Below are positions 16,983-26,876 of a stretch of DNA of 64,000 nucleotides, in pieces. The notes beneath the pieces were generated by a model that made no database searches, was not told where the DNA came from, and was given only the letters and a program-made list of their open reading frames with translations. Each line of letters opens with the position of its first letter. Within the stretch, counting starts at the first letter, position 1. The translations under genes were made by a program, and so were the position numbers. The DNA is from Armatimonadota bacterium (lineage in GTDB: Bacteria > Armatimonadota > UBA10988): assembly GCA_016235455.1 (NCBI GenBank), contig JACRKZ010000017.1, positions 1-64,000 on the forward strand, written 5' to 3'.

Positions 16983-19607
16983 CTACTCGGCCTTGGACTT
17001 CAGCGTCTCGATCTTCGCGCCCTTGGTGTCGCGGATCTGGAGGTTGAAGCTCCAGTTGCCGCCACCGTTGGTGATCTTGACCAGGACCGTGTTCCAGCCT
17101 TCGTTGAGCTGGACGCGGAACTTGTCCTCGCCGGGGGTGAGGCCGCGGTTGACGTTGGCGCCGTGGACGACCTTGCCATTGAGGAAGACCTTGATGCCGT
17201 CGTCGCTGCCGCACTGGAACTCGGCTTCCATGGCCTTGGGTGCCTGCACCTGGGCCTTGGCGTAGATCACCTTGTTGTCGCCAAAGAACGGCTTGCCATC
17301 GAAGATGACCGCGCCGCCATTGTCGGCATTGCCGGCGATCGGCGTCCACTGCACCGTCGCATCGGGCTTCTCGGGGTCGAAGGCGATGTCGAACAGGTCC
17401 TTTTCGGTCTTGCCCGCCTGGTCATAGGCCGGTGACAGCATCCAGGCCACGACCGCGTCGAAGCCCTTGGAGACCGCCGCCAGCAGTTTGTCCAGATCAC
17501 CCACGAGGCGCTTGTCGCGCACCAGTTCGCGGGCGTTGGAGGCCACGGCCCGCACTTCATCGGGATTGGCGCCACGCAGCATGGTGCCGACCTTGAGGAC
17601 GGACTGGCCACACTCCTCGGCGATGGCAGGCTCGTCGTCGAGCAGCCGGTTGAGCTGCTGCAGGGCGGCCAGGCAGTTGACGTCGCCGAGGCCGATGGCG
17701 ACCAGGCGCTTCTCCTCGCGGCGGCCGGCCAGGGCCAGCGCGTCGGCGAACAGCTTGGCGCGCTCGTCGGCGCCCTGCTTGGTCAGGTTGATCATGCGCA
17801 GGTAGCCGGCCAGCGCGTCGTTCTTGGCCGGACCATCGGCCTTGGCCAGCACCAGCAGGTCGGCCATCGGGTCAGCCGTGGGCCAGGCCGCCAGGCCAGC
17901 CACCGCCGCCGCGGCGATGGCCGCATCGGCGTCCTTTGTGGCCGTGCGCAGGACGGGCAGCGCCGCGGGCGCGCCGGTCGCGCCCAGCACGCGCAGCAGC
18001 GACGCCTTGACCGCACCGGTCGCCGTTGTCAGCGCGTCGAGCACCGGCTTGGCGCGCAACTCGACGTCGGCCACATTGACCTGGGTCGCGACCACGGTCT
18101 TCTCGGCCGAGGCGCGTTCCTTGTCGCTCTTGGCGCCGACGAGCACCTTGACCAGCGGCGCATACTGCGCCGGGTCGGCCAACACGCCCAGCGCCTCGAT
18201 GGCGATGATGCGCACACCTTCGTTGGCGTCTTCGCCCGCCACCTTGACCAACGCCGGCACGGCCGTGGCCGACCGGCGAGCGGCCAGCGCGCGGACCATC
18301 TCGTCGCGCTTTTTGCCGTCGGCACCACGCAGCACATCGAGGATGGCGGCGTCGAACCCGTCGGCGCGGCACAAGCCCAACGCGCTGCGGCAAGCGGCTT
18401 CGACGTTGCCGCCATTGTTGGCCACGAGATCGGCCAGCGGCGCCACGGCGGTCTTGTCACCGACCTTGGCCAGCGCGTTGATAGCGGCCACCTTGACGCC
18501 TTCGTCGGCGTTGCCGGCAGCAGCCAGGACCTGCGGCAGAGCCGCCGTGTCGCCGCGCTCGGCCAGGTTGCGCAGCGCCTGCACAGCCACCGCTGGCGAC
18601 AGGCCAGCCACGGCGTCGGCCAGCTTGCGAGTAGTGGCGGCGCCGGTCACGTTGAGCAGCGCGCGCAGGCCGGTGCTGGCCAGGAACCAGTCGTCGCCCT
18701 TGACCGCGGCCAGCAGTGTGTCGACCGCGGCCTCGCCGCGCGCCTTGGACAGGCCGACGAGCCCGGCGGCCTTGAGCTTCTTGGAGTCCGTGGCCAGCGC
18801 GGCCTCATAGACCTTGGCGGCCGCGGCCTTGTCGGTAGCCAACAGGCTGTCAGCGGCCAGCAGCCAGCCGGCCTCCACCTGGTAGCGCGCCGCGGCGGGC
18901 GCCTTGTCGCGTGCCGCGCTGAGCGCGGCCAAGGCCTGGGCGCCGCCCAGGCGGCCCAGCGCGTAGGCCGCGGCGTTGACCACCTCGGCGTCGCCGCTGG
19001 CCACGAGCTTGGCGATGGCCGGCACGGAGCCAGCATCATTCCGCTCGCACAGCGCATTGAGGTAGGCGATCTGCGCCGCCGGCACCGTGGCTTTGGCCAG
19101 CATGCCGCGCAGCGCATCGCGCGCCTCATCGGACGGGTTCTTGACCAACGCCCGCCGCGCGGCATCGCTGATCTGGATCTCGGCATCGCCCAGCAGCGCG
19201 GTCAGCGCGGCCACGGCGTCGGCCTTGCCAATCCACTGGAGCTGGCGAATGAGCCAGGTCCGCGCGTAGAGGTTGGTGGTGGTGGCCAGCTTGGCGATGA
19301 GCGCCTTGACCATCGGAGCGCGCTCGGCCTCGGCGTTGGGCCGGCCGGTGCGCAGGGCGATCTCTTGCAGCAGTTGCTGCGCGGCGGCCCGCTTGTTGAC
19401 CGAGCCCTCGTCGTTGGTCTCGTCGCTCACGGTGACCAGCAGCCCGCCCAGCACCTGCTCATAGGCGGCCTGCTGCTCGGCGGCGGTGCGGGTCTGGGCC
19501 TTCTCCTGCCCGCGGAACTCGCGGGTCAGGGCGTCGAGGTTGGGTTGCGCGAAGGCACAGGTGGCCATCGCGCTGACCAGGGCCAGAAGGGAGAATCGGC
19601 GTTTCAT
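16983..19607 (-). CDS. Secreted HEAT-repeat protein with C-terminal beta-sandwich
   Basis: Signal peptide MKRRFSLLAL, many HEAT-like repeats, C-terminal GSDDGIKVFLNGK...GWNTVLVKI. Confidence 0.85.
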   Translation of the reverse strand: MKRRFSLLALVSAMATCAFAQPNLDALTREFRGQEKAQTRTAAEQQAAYEQVLGGLLVTVSDETNDEGSVNKRAAAQQLLQEIALRTGRPNAEAERAPMVKALIAKLATTTNLYARTWLIRQLQWIGKADAVAALTALLGDAEIQISDAARRALVKNPSDEARDALRGMLAKATVPAAQIAYLNALCERNDAGSVPAIAKLVASGDAEVVNAAAYALGRLGGAQALAALSAARDKAPAAARYQVEAGWLLAADSLLATDKAAAAKVYEAALATDSKKLKAAGLVGLSKARGEAAVDTLLAAVKGDDWFLASTGLRALLNVTGAATTRKLADAVAGLSPAVAVQALRNLAERGDTAALPQVLAAAGNADEGVKVAAINALAKVGDKTAVAPLADLVANNGGNVEAACRSALGLCRADGFDAAILDVLRGADGKKRDEMVRALAARRSATAVPALVKVAGEDANEGVRIIAIEALGVLADPAQYAPLVKVLVGAKSDKERASAEKTVVATQVNVADVELRAKPVLDALTTATGAVKASLLRVLGATGAPAALPVLRTATKDADAAIAAAAVAGLAAWPTADPMADLLVLAKADGPAKNDALAGYLRMINLTKQGADERAKLFADALALAGRREEKRLVAIGLGDVNCLAALQQLNRLLDDEPAIAEECGQSVLKVGTMLRGANPDEVRAVASNARELVRDKRLVGDLDKLLAAVSKGFDAVVAWMLSPAYDQAGKTEKDLFDIAFDPEKPDATVQWTPIAGNADNGGAVIFDGKPFFGDNKVIYAKAQVQAPKAMEAEFQCGSDDGIKVFLNGKVVHGANVNRGLTPGEDKFRVQLNEGWNTVLVKITNGGGNWSFNLQIRDTKGAKIETLKSKAE

Positions 19608-19621
19608 GGTCGGCACTCCTG

Positions 19622-20917
19622 TCACAGATGCCACGGCGCGCGCATCGGCCGGTACAGCCAACGCTTCAGCTCTTCATCGCCCAGCAACTCACGCTTGGCC
19701 GGGTCCCAGCGGAACGAGCGGCCGGTCCAGTGCGCGATGTTGCCCAGGTGGCACATGGTGATGCTGCTGGCGCCGACGCCGGTCCAGCAGATCGGGTTCT
19801 CGCGCGTCTTGATGCACTCGACGAAGTTGCCAAAGTGATCGCCGCGGGTGTCGTAGAGATGCGCGTCGTCGGCGCCCAGCGGGTCCTTCAGGATGCTGTC
19901 CGGCGTCGAGCGGATCATGCCGCGGTTGACCTCGATCTCGCCCTTGGTGCCGATGAAGCGGACACCGTTGGCCGGGCCCTGGTGGACCACCTTGATGTTG
20001 TCGCCGACGGGCGTCTTGGAGTACGTGTAGGTCAGCTTGCCCTCGGGCGAGTCCGCCGGTGCGGTGATGACGTCGGGTCCGCTGCCGTCCATGCCCACGC
20101 CCCACTGGCAGATGTCGAAGTGGTGGGCGCCCCAGTCGGTCATCATGCCGCCAGAGTAGTCGCGCACCTGGCGCCAGCCGCCGCCGTAGTTGCCACTGGC
20201 GCGTTCCTCGTTGTATGGCATGTACGGCGCCGGTCCGAGCCACATGTCCCAGTCGAGGCCGGCGGGGATGGGCTGCGCCGGATAGAGCCGGTCCATGCTG
20301 GGCCCGCCGACGTTGACGTTGACCTGCTTGACCGTGCCGATACGGCCGCTGCGCACATACGAGCAGGCCTTCAGGAACTCGCCGCTGGAGCGCTGCTGGC
20401 TGCCCGTCTGGAAGACGCGGCCGTAGCGCTGCGCGGTCTCGTGCATGACCCAGGCTTCGTGCACCGTGAGGCTGAACGGCTTCTGGCAGTAGACGTCCTT
20501 GCCGCTCTTCATGGCCCAGCAGGAGATGATCCCATGCCAGTGGTCGGGCGTGGCGATGTGCACCGCGTCGATGTCGTCCCGAGCGATGATCTCGCGGAAA
20601 TCGTTGTAGGCCGTGATGCCCTGGCCATACTTGCCGGCCAGCCGCCCACGCAGTTCCTCGCGCTTGTTGGCGCGCACATCACAGCAGGCCAGATACTGAA
20701 TATCGCCGCGGCCCATGAACGAACCAACATCACCCGGCGACTGGTTGCCATAGCCGATGGTGGCGATGGTGATGCGGTTGCTCGGTGCGGGCTTGGCGCC
20801 TTGAGCCTTCACCGATCCGGCGATGAGATAGGGAAACAACGCCGCGGCGCCGGTGGCTTTCAGGAAACCACGGCGCGTGGCGGTCTCGCACGCGGACGCG
20901 TGCGTCTGGTCACTCAT
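19622..20917 (-). CDS. Tat-exported Gfo/Idh/MocA oxidoreductase
   Basis: TRRGFLK, IATPDHWH, DVYCQKP, QTGSQQRS, DWGAHHFD. Confidence 0.93.
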   Translation of the reverse strand: MSDQTHASACETATRRGFLKATGAAALFPYLIAGSVKAQGAKPAPSNRITIATIGYGNQSPGDVGSFMGRGDIQYLACCDVRANKREELRGRLAGKYGQGITAYNDFREIIARDDIDAVHIATPDHWHGIISCWAMKSGKDVYCQKPFSLTVHEAWVMHETAQRYGRVFQTGSQQRSSGEFLKACSYVRSGRIGTVKQVNVNVGGPSMDRLYPAQPIPAGLDWDMWLGPAPYMPYNEERASGNYGGGWRQVRDYSGGMMTDWGAHHFDICQWGVGMDGSGPDVITAPADSPEGKLTYTYSKTPVGDNIKVVHQGPANGVRFIGTKGEIEVNRGMIRSTPDSILKDPLGADDAHLYDTRGDHFGNFVECIKTRENPICWTGVGASSITMCHLGNIAHWTGRSFRWDPAKRELLGDEELKRWLYRPMRAPWHL

Positions 20918-20970
20918 GCTGAGTCCTCCAACGCAACGGCGTCCTATTCGCCGGCGCTGGCGCGAGTCCT

Positions 20971-22128
20971 TCAGCCGAGCGGAGTTATCTGGTCAGGCCG
21001 CTGGCCGGTGACCTGGACTCGACGGTCCGCGTCCAGATAGACGTCGACCTCGCTGCGCACGCCGAAGTCGCCATCGAAATACACGCCGGGCTCCACCGTG
21101 AACGCGGTCTCGGCCAGCATCGTGCGCTCGTCGGGCATCTCCACGCCGTCGAGGTGGGCGCCGTTGCCGTGCACGTTGATACCCAGGCTGTGGCCCGTGC
21201 GATGCTTGAGCTGGTCCCGGTAGCCGGCCTCGATGAGGATGCGTCGCGCGATATGGTCGAGCTCGGCGCCGCACACCGGTTCGCCGGCCTCCACTCGCGC
21301 GATGACCGCGTCGCGCGCGGCGGCGACGGCCGCATAGGCCCGTGCGAAGCGCTCGGGCGGCTCCGCGCCGGTGTAGAACATGCGCGTGTAGTCGGCGTAG
21401 ACGCAGTCGCCATGGTCCAGCCGGGCGTAGATGTCGAACAGCACCAGCTGGTCAGGCCCGATGGCCGCGCTGCCCGCGGCCTGCGGCAGGTAGTGACAGT
21501 CGGCGGTGTTCGGGCCGACCGACACATTCTGACCATCCATGCCGCGCAGGCCGCGCTGCCGCAGGTAGTCGACGATGGCCGAGGAGACCTCCCACTCGGT
21601 GAGCGCGCGGCCGGCCGCCAGGGCCGAGCGGATCAGGTCGGCGCCCAGCTCGATGGCCTCACAGACCGCCGCCGAGGCCACCAGATGCGACTGCCACTGC
21701 TCGGGGCTCCAGCGCGCCTCGAAATACTGCACCAGATCCGCGCTGGAGACGAGGTCGGCGCCGAGCGAACGCAGCCACTCGACGGTGCCGGCGTCGACCG
21801 TACCCACATACGGGTTGAGCCCGCCCGGCGAGTACTCCATGGCCACGCGGCCCAGGACTGGCAGAACCGCGCGCAACTGGGCCTCGACCAGCGCGCGCTC
21901 GGGGCAGGCCACCTTGGTTCCGGGCAGCGGATCCAGCACCCAGGGCTCCACGGGCGAGACAATCTTGAGCGGCGCGCCCTCGGCCGGGATCAGGTACCAC
22001 CAGCGCCGCGCACCGGGCTTGAGGCCCAGCACGCGCAGCGCCACGGGGTTGTTGCCGCGAAAGTCGGTCAACAGCCAGGCCCCGAGGCCCAGCGCGCGGA
22101 GTTGTTCTTGCACGTTGGTCAGGTTCAC
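20971..22128 (-). CDS. M24 (Xaa-Pro) metallopeptidase
   Basis: ADYTR, HRTGHSLG, FTVEPGVY, GVRSE; GTG start overlapping upstream stop. Confidence 0.9.
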   Translation of the reverse strand: MNLTNVQEQLRALGLGAWLLTDFRGNNPVALRVLGLKPGARRWWYLIPAEGAPLKIVSPVEPWVLDPLPGTKVACPERALVEAQLRAVLPVLGRVAMEYSPGGLNPYVGTVDAGTVEWLRSLGADLVSSADLVQYFEARWSPEQWQSHLVASAAVCEAIELGADLIRSALAAGRALTEWEVSSAIVDYLRQRGLRGMDGQNVSVGPNTADCHYLPQAAGSAAIGPDQLVLFDIYARLDHGDCVYADYTRMFYTGAEPPERFARAYAAVAAARDAVIARVEAGEPVCGAELDHIARRILIEAGYRDQLKHRTGHSLGINVHGNGAHLDGVEMPDERTMLAETAFTVEPGVYFDGDFGVRSEVDVYLDADRRVQVTGQRPDQITPLG

Positions 22129-23366
22129 GGCAGCACGCCCTCCAGGTCGGGCTCGCGGCGATCGGCGTGGGCGCGATCGGCCAGTTCCAGCGCACCGGCA
22201 CACAGCAGCAGCGCCGTGGGCAGCTGCGGCGCATTGAGCAGTTGCGCGGGCAAGGTCTCGCGGGTCAGCGCCGCATTGGCCGGTGTCTCGGGCTGCGTGG
22301 CAAGGTCGGCGCCGGCCAGCGCGGTCAGATACGCCCGGTCGGGATTGAGCCGCACCCAGCCCAGCCCGGCGCGGCGCCAACCGTCGTAGGCCGCCCACAG
22401 GTGGGGATGGTCGGCCGCCACCTGGCGGTGGTCGACCGCGCTGCCCAGCACCATAGCCAGCAGCGCCGGCCGCGCCGCAACCGCGTCACCAAAGGCCGTG
22501 GCGGCATTGCGCTCGGCCCAGAAGGCATCGGCCTCGGCCGGGGACAGCAGCGTGCTGGGCCACGGCTCGCCGCACAGACGGCGCTGCCCGGCGGCCGCCA
22601 GCACCACCCGCGGGTAGGCCAGACGGACCGAACCGTCCTCTTGGGGCAGCGACAGCGCGTCGACCGGGTAGTCGTCGGGGCTGGTCCGGCCGTTGCGGTC
22701 CTGATCCTGGTAGAAGAAGCCGCGCGCGTTCCAAGCCAGCGTCGATGGGTCCCACAGGCCGGTGCGCACGTCATAGGCCGGGTTCGGCCCCTGGTCGCGG
22801 TCGCCCAGCAGGCCCATGGCCGCGGCGTCGCCGATGGGCGTCTCCCAGGTCGCCAGCCAGGCCACGTTGGCACAGCGCTCGGCCCATCGCGCCAGGGCCA
22901 GGATGGCGCTGTTGCCACCGTTGTCCAGCGCCAGCAGGCCGACCTGGCGGCCCAGCGGCACGACCGGGCGGGCGATCTGGGCCAGCGAGCGGCCGTCGAC
23001 CGCCGATTTGAGCCCGGAAGCAAAGGCGATCACTTCGGCCAGCGCGCGCGTGCTCGCCGCGCCGCGCTGGTCGCGGTCGCCGCCCGACTGGGCCTGACCG
23101 TCGCCCTCGCCGGTGAAGCAGAAGCGGACTTCCACGCAGCCGTGCACCGCGACGGGCGCCAGCGTGCGGCTCAGGCTGCTGCCTGTCCAGCCGCCAGGCA
23201 CTACCACCACCACCGGCGCGAGCTCGCCCCAGCGGCCCCGTTCGGGCAGGCAGACGCGCACGGCCACCTGGCCAGGCTGCGCGCCGTCGCTGGCCACGCG
23301 CAGATCCACCTCGCGGATGGACGGCGCCACCCACGTGGTTGCGAGGGCCAGCCAGGCGGCGATCAA
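22125..23366 (-). CDS. Secreted alpha/beta-hydrolase-like protein
   Basis: PVVVVVPGG, VGLLALDNGG elbow, DH motifs; TTG start overlapping DUF547 stop. Confidence 0.6.
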   Translation of the reverse strand: MIAAWLALATTWVAPSIREVDLRVASDGAQPGQVAVRVCLPERGRWGELAPVVVVVPGGWTGSSLSRTLAPVAVHGCVEVRFCFTGEGDGQAQSGGDRDQRGAASTRALAEVIAFASGLKSAVDGRSLAQIARPVVPLGRQVGLLALDNGGNSAILALARWAERCANVAWLATWETPIGDAAAMGLLGDRDQGPNPAYDVRTGLWDPSTLAWNARGFFYQDQDRNGRTSPDDYPVDALSLPQEDGSVRLAYPRVVLAAAGQRRLCGEPWPSTLLSPAEADAFWAERNAATAFGDAVAARPALLAMVLGSAVDHRQVAADHPHLWAAYDGWRRAGLGWVRLNPDRAYLTALAGADLATQPETPANAALTRETLPAQLLNAPQLPTALLLCAGALELADRAHADRREPDLEGVLP

Positions 23367-24205
23367 GGCGCTTCTCCCACGGTCCAGTCGAAGGGCAGCC
23401 ACTCCACCTGATAGCCGCCGGCGCGGCACCAGGCGCGGTCGGCTTCGGCCGGCGCATAGCGCGCCACAAACCCTGCCGGGCCACCCAACGGCTCCGAGTC
23501 GACCGCATACCAACGCAGCACCTGCGACAGCGCCAGGCGGCGGCCGGTGCGGTCGATGCGCAGCCAGCCTGGCAGCGCCAGGGCCCGCGCCGCCTGATCG
23601 TCGAGCTGCTTGTCGAGCGTTGCGGGCTGGTAGGCTTCGGCGCGCCACGGCGCGCCGCCCCGCGGGCCGGGGCACAGCGCGGTGTCGACCCGCGGATCGC
23701 CCAGCGGGCGCAGCAACTGCTCCACCAACTCATCGAGCGTGCGCGACCGTCCGCTGAGCACATGCGTGGCGCGGCTGTGGAAGCCGTCGATATCGGTCAC
23801 CTTGGCCACCGGCCAATGGTCGCACAGCTCCTCGAGCACAAACGTCGTGTAGGCATTCAGGTAGTGCGCCAGCCGCACCGCGGCCATGGCAGCCACCTGC
23901 GCGCGCTCATCGCCGGCGGCCTCCGCGGCCAGCGGCTCCGGCGCCTTGGCCCACAGCGCCAACGTGGCGGCCAGGCGCGGATCGGCCTTGACACCGGCCA
24001 GGTCGCAGCGGCCGGCGCGAACGTGGTCCCGGAGCAGGCCGTCGAGCGTGTCGGCGGCGGTGGGCTCGGCGGCAGCGACGCTGGCGCCCAGCAGGCATAG
24101 CAGCAAGGTCATCAGCCACCATGCGCCAGAAACGGTGTCAGGGACCGTTTCGGCGCGCCGAAACGGTCCCTGACACCGTTTCTGGGGTCGGGCATCGTCA
24201 CGCAT
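23363..24205 (-). CDS. DUF547-domain secreted protein (start 24205 or 24112)
   Basis: YLNAY, TLDELVEQLLR, DPRV, LDKQLDDQA, SQVLRWY..D, FDWT. Confidence 0.8.
   Translation of the reverse strand: MRDDARPQKRCQGPFRRAETVPDTVSGAWWLMTLLLCLLGASVAAAEPTAADTLDGLLRDHVRAGRCDLAGVKADPRLAATLALWAKAPEPLAAEAAGDERAQVAAMAAVRLAHYLNAYTTFVLEELCDHWPVAKVTDIDGFHSRATHVLSGRSRTLDELVEQLLRPLGDPRVDTALCPGPRGGAPWRAEAYQPATLDKQLDDQAARALALPGWLRIDRTGRRLALSQVLRWYAVDSEPLGGPAGFVARYAPAEADRAWCRAGGYQVEWLPFDWTVGEAP
24126..24185. repeat. Perfect 60-bp palindrome
   Basis: CCAGAAACGGTGTCAGGGACCGTTTCGGCG|CGCCGAAACGGTCCCTGACACCGTTTCTGG. Confidence 0.95.
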
Positions 24206-26561
24206 ACACTCGCACCTCATAGACCCGCGCACGGTGGCGAGGGTCCCAGACACCCATGATACTCAGTCGCAGGCCCGTCGCGGTAACCGGATCGAAGGTA
24301 TGCACGCGATGGCGCTGGTAGTTGCCCGAGATGTCGGCCAGTAGCGTCCAGCCCTCGGTGCCACGTGCTTCGAGCCGATAGTAGGCCGCGCAGCGCCGGG
24401 GTACGCGCTCGTCGCTGTTGATCGGCGTGTCGGCATAGGAGCGGTCGAGAGTGTCGAAGGTCAACTGCACCGTGGAGAAGGTGGTCGGCTCAGGGAAGGT
24501 CAGTGTCAGGCTCTGGGGCAGGTCCAGCTCGGGATCGGAGATCCAGGCGTGGACCGGGTTGGTGGCGAAGCGGCGGTTGTGTCCGTCGATGACGTTGTCG
24601 GCCTCGCCGCAGCGGGGCGCGGGCGCCAGCCGGAAGGCGTGGCAGTTGGCGGCCACCCGGTACTCAGACCCGTCGATCGGCTGCCATAGCCGCAGCGCGA
24701 AGTCGTACTCGTGGTTGTCGACGGCCAGTTCCATGCCCGGGCAGCCACCCAGCAGCAGCACATAGCGTGGCTCGTCGCTGGTCGCATCCACGGGCAACAT
24801 GCGCAGCGGCCGGGGCAGGCGGAAGCGCACCCAGCCCTGGTAGCTCGGCGGCACCTCGGCGTTGGCGCGGGCCACGGTGTCGAAGCGGTCCTGGCGGTGG
24901 TCGGCGCCCCACTCCATGCGCAGCGGCGCGCCGCGGATATGGCGGTGGCGCAGGTTCTCCGCCTCCTCTTTCCAGGGCCGCGGGGGTTCGTAAGCGGCGA
25001 TGCTCAGCGTCAGGCCCTGCTGGCGCTCGGCGGTGTTGCGCACATAGAACTCGACCTGCTCGAGCCGCTCGGGCCAGTGCCAGAGCTCCACGCCGCGCGG
25101 CAGATCGAGTGGCATGAAGTCGGCCACGCGCGTGGCGCCATGGCGCATCTCGCTGGTGGCGGTGACGCGCGCGCCGCGGGCCAGGTCGGCCGGGTCGTCG
25201 TTGACCGCGCCGGGCCAACTCGCATCCTGACGCAGCAGCCGCGCGCGCAGCTCGGCCAGATGGTCGGCGCCCACCGCCCGCGCGCTGCAGTCGTGCTCCG
25301 CGGCCAGCGCGGCGGCGGTGCCGACGGCCTGGCCGATGCCGGCCAGGGTCCGCTGCAAGCGCACGGTGCCCAGCGCCAGATGGCTGCAACTGACCAGCCG
25401 GCCGGCCAACCACAGGTTGTCGAAGCTCACCGAATAGGCCGCCGAATAGGGGAAGGTCCACAGCGGCGGGATGCTGTGGAAGACCACGCGCGCGCCGTTG
25501 CCGACCGGCTCGTGGATGTCGACGCCGTAGCCACCGTAGGCCACGGCATCGTCGAAGACGCGGCCCGACTCCACGTCGGTCTGAGTGACCACGGTGTCGC
25601 CGACGAAGCGGCGGCTCTCGCGCCGGCCGGTCTTGGGGCTCACCCAGACCAGCTCCCAGTTGCGGCTCTCGGCGGGATAGCTGTAGCTCTTGATGTTGTC
25701 CCACCAGCAGAAGAGCTGGTAGAGCAGTTCCTCGCGGATGCTGGCCTCGTCGGCAATGACGTCGCGGTTGCCGCCCGATTCGGTGACCCACAGGAAGCAA
25801 CTCTCGGCGTCGGCGTTCCACATGCCGGGGCCGGTGAGAGGCACCACGGGGCCGGCCTCGTCGCGCCGGCGCCGGTAGGCGGGCGGCAGCAGGAACTCCA
25901 CGGCCTCGCGCCGCCGCACGACCAGCGCGGTCAGGCTGCTGCCCATGGCCTGGTCGGTGGCCTCGGCCGGCGCGGAGCGCTCGCCGAACGTGGCCCGCGC
26001 CTCCACACCGCGCATGAACGCCGCGCCGGCCGACGCCGCCACGGCGCCGTCACCGCTGGCCTCGACCAGCCCGAGGCGCGTGTCGAACAGCTTGGTGGTG
26101 AAAGTGTCCAGGTCGTCGACGACCACACCGGTGATGCGCCGGCCGTCGGTCTCGGCCTGGCGGCCGATGTGTCGCCGGAAGACGCGCACGCCCGCTGTCG
26201 CGAGCTTCTCGGCCAGGACCAGCTCCCATTGGTGGCTGATGTTGTAGTGGTGGCCGCTGGTGCGGGTCTTGGCCGCCAGATAGGCCGCCTCAAGCTCCAA
26301 CTCCTCGATCAGACCGGTCTCGCCGGCGTAGGGATGGAACGAATGGGCGCCGGACACGTGCACCCCCAGCAACGGCCCGCCATTGCCGCCCAGGCAGCTC
26401 TCCATCTCGCAGAGCGCCACGTCGAGCCCGTTGCGCGCGGCGGCCAGCGCGGCGCAGACGCCCGCCATGCCGCCGCCCAGCACCAACAAGTCGCACGGCA
26501 CGTGCGCATCGATGGGTCTGCTGATGCGGGTCTTGCCCCTGGGCGCGCGCTTGGTGGCCAC
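24198..26561 (-). CDS. FAD-dependent oxidoreductase with C-terminal F5/8-like domain
   Basis: LVLGGGMAGVCAALAAAR, LGGN, ASGDG, RESRRFVGD, NLWLAGR, ARVYEVRVY. Confidence 0.88.
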   Translation of the reverse strand: MATKRAPRGKTRISRPIDAHVPCDLLVLGGGMAGVCAALAAARNGLDVALCEMESCLGGNGGPLLGVHVSGAHSFHPYAGETGLIEELELEAAYLAAKTRTSGHHYNISHQWELVLAEKLATAGVRVFRRHIGRQAETDGRRITGVVVDDLDTFTTKLFDTRLGLVEASGDGAVAASAGAAFMRGVEARATFGERSAPAEATDQAMGSSLTALVVRRREAVEFLLPPAYRRRRDEAGPVVPLTGPGMWNADAESCFLWVTESGGNRDVIADEASIREELLYQLFCWWDNIKSYSYPAESRNWELVWVSPKTGRRESRRFVGDTVVTQTDVESGRVFDDAVAYGGYGVDIHEPVGNGARVVFHSIPPLWTFPYSAAYSVSFDNLWLAGRLVSCSHLALGTVRLQRTLAGIGQAVGTAAALAAEHDCSARAVGADHLAELRARLLRQDASWPGAVNDDPADLARGARVTATSEMRHGATRVADFMPLDLPRGVELWHWPERLEQVEFYVRNTAERQQGLTLSIAAYEPPRPWKEEAENLRHRHIRGAPLRMEWGADHRQDRFDTVARANAEVPPSYQGWVRFRLPRPLRMLPVDATSDEPRYVLLLGGCPGMELAVDNHEYDFALRLWQPIDGSEYRVAANCHAFRLAPAPRCGEADNVIDGHNRRFATNPVHAWISDPELDLPQSLTLTFPEPTTFSTVQLTFDTLDRSYADTPINSDERVPRRCAAYYRLEARGTEGWTLLADISGNYQRHRVHTFDPVTATGLRLSIMGVWDPRHRARVYEVRVYA

Positions 26562-26621
26562 GATGACGCCTCCCCGGCCCATGGTTCGCGGCACAGCGGC
26601 CGCCACCTCGTCCAGGCGGCC

Positions 26622-26867
26622 TCAGATTTGGCGCAACGGCACCCGCTGGCTGACGCAGGCGCAGCCGGTCAGGATGCCGGCCACCAGCCACTGGTCGTCG
26701 GGCTCGGGCCGCAACTCCACGGTGAACCGGCCGTCGCCGTCGGTCTCGGCCACCGCGTCGTTGACGAACACCGTCGCCCGTCGCGGGCCGAGGCCCGTGA
26801 CGACCAGCACGTCATCGCCCGTCGGCCAGGTCAGGCCGTCTGGACCACAGTCGAGAGTCACGCTCAT
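26622..26867 (-). CDS. Small hypothetical protein
   Basis: 81-aa ORF packed between same-strand genes; beta-rich (ETDGDGRFTVEL). Confidence 0.55.
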   Translation of the reverse strand: MSVTLDCGPDGLTWPTGDDVLVVTGLGPRRATVFVNDAVAETDGDGRFTVELRPEPDDQWLVAGILTGCACVSQRVPLRQI

Positions 26868-26876
26868 GCGGTTGGC

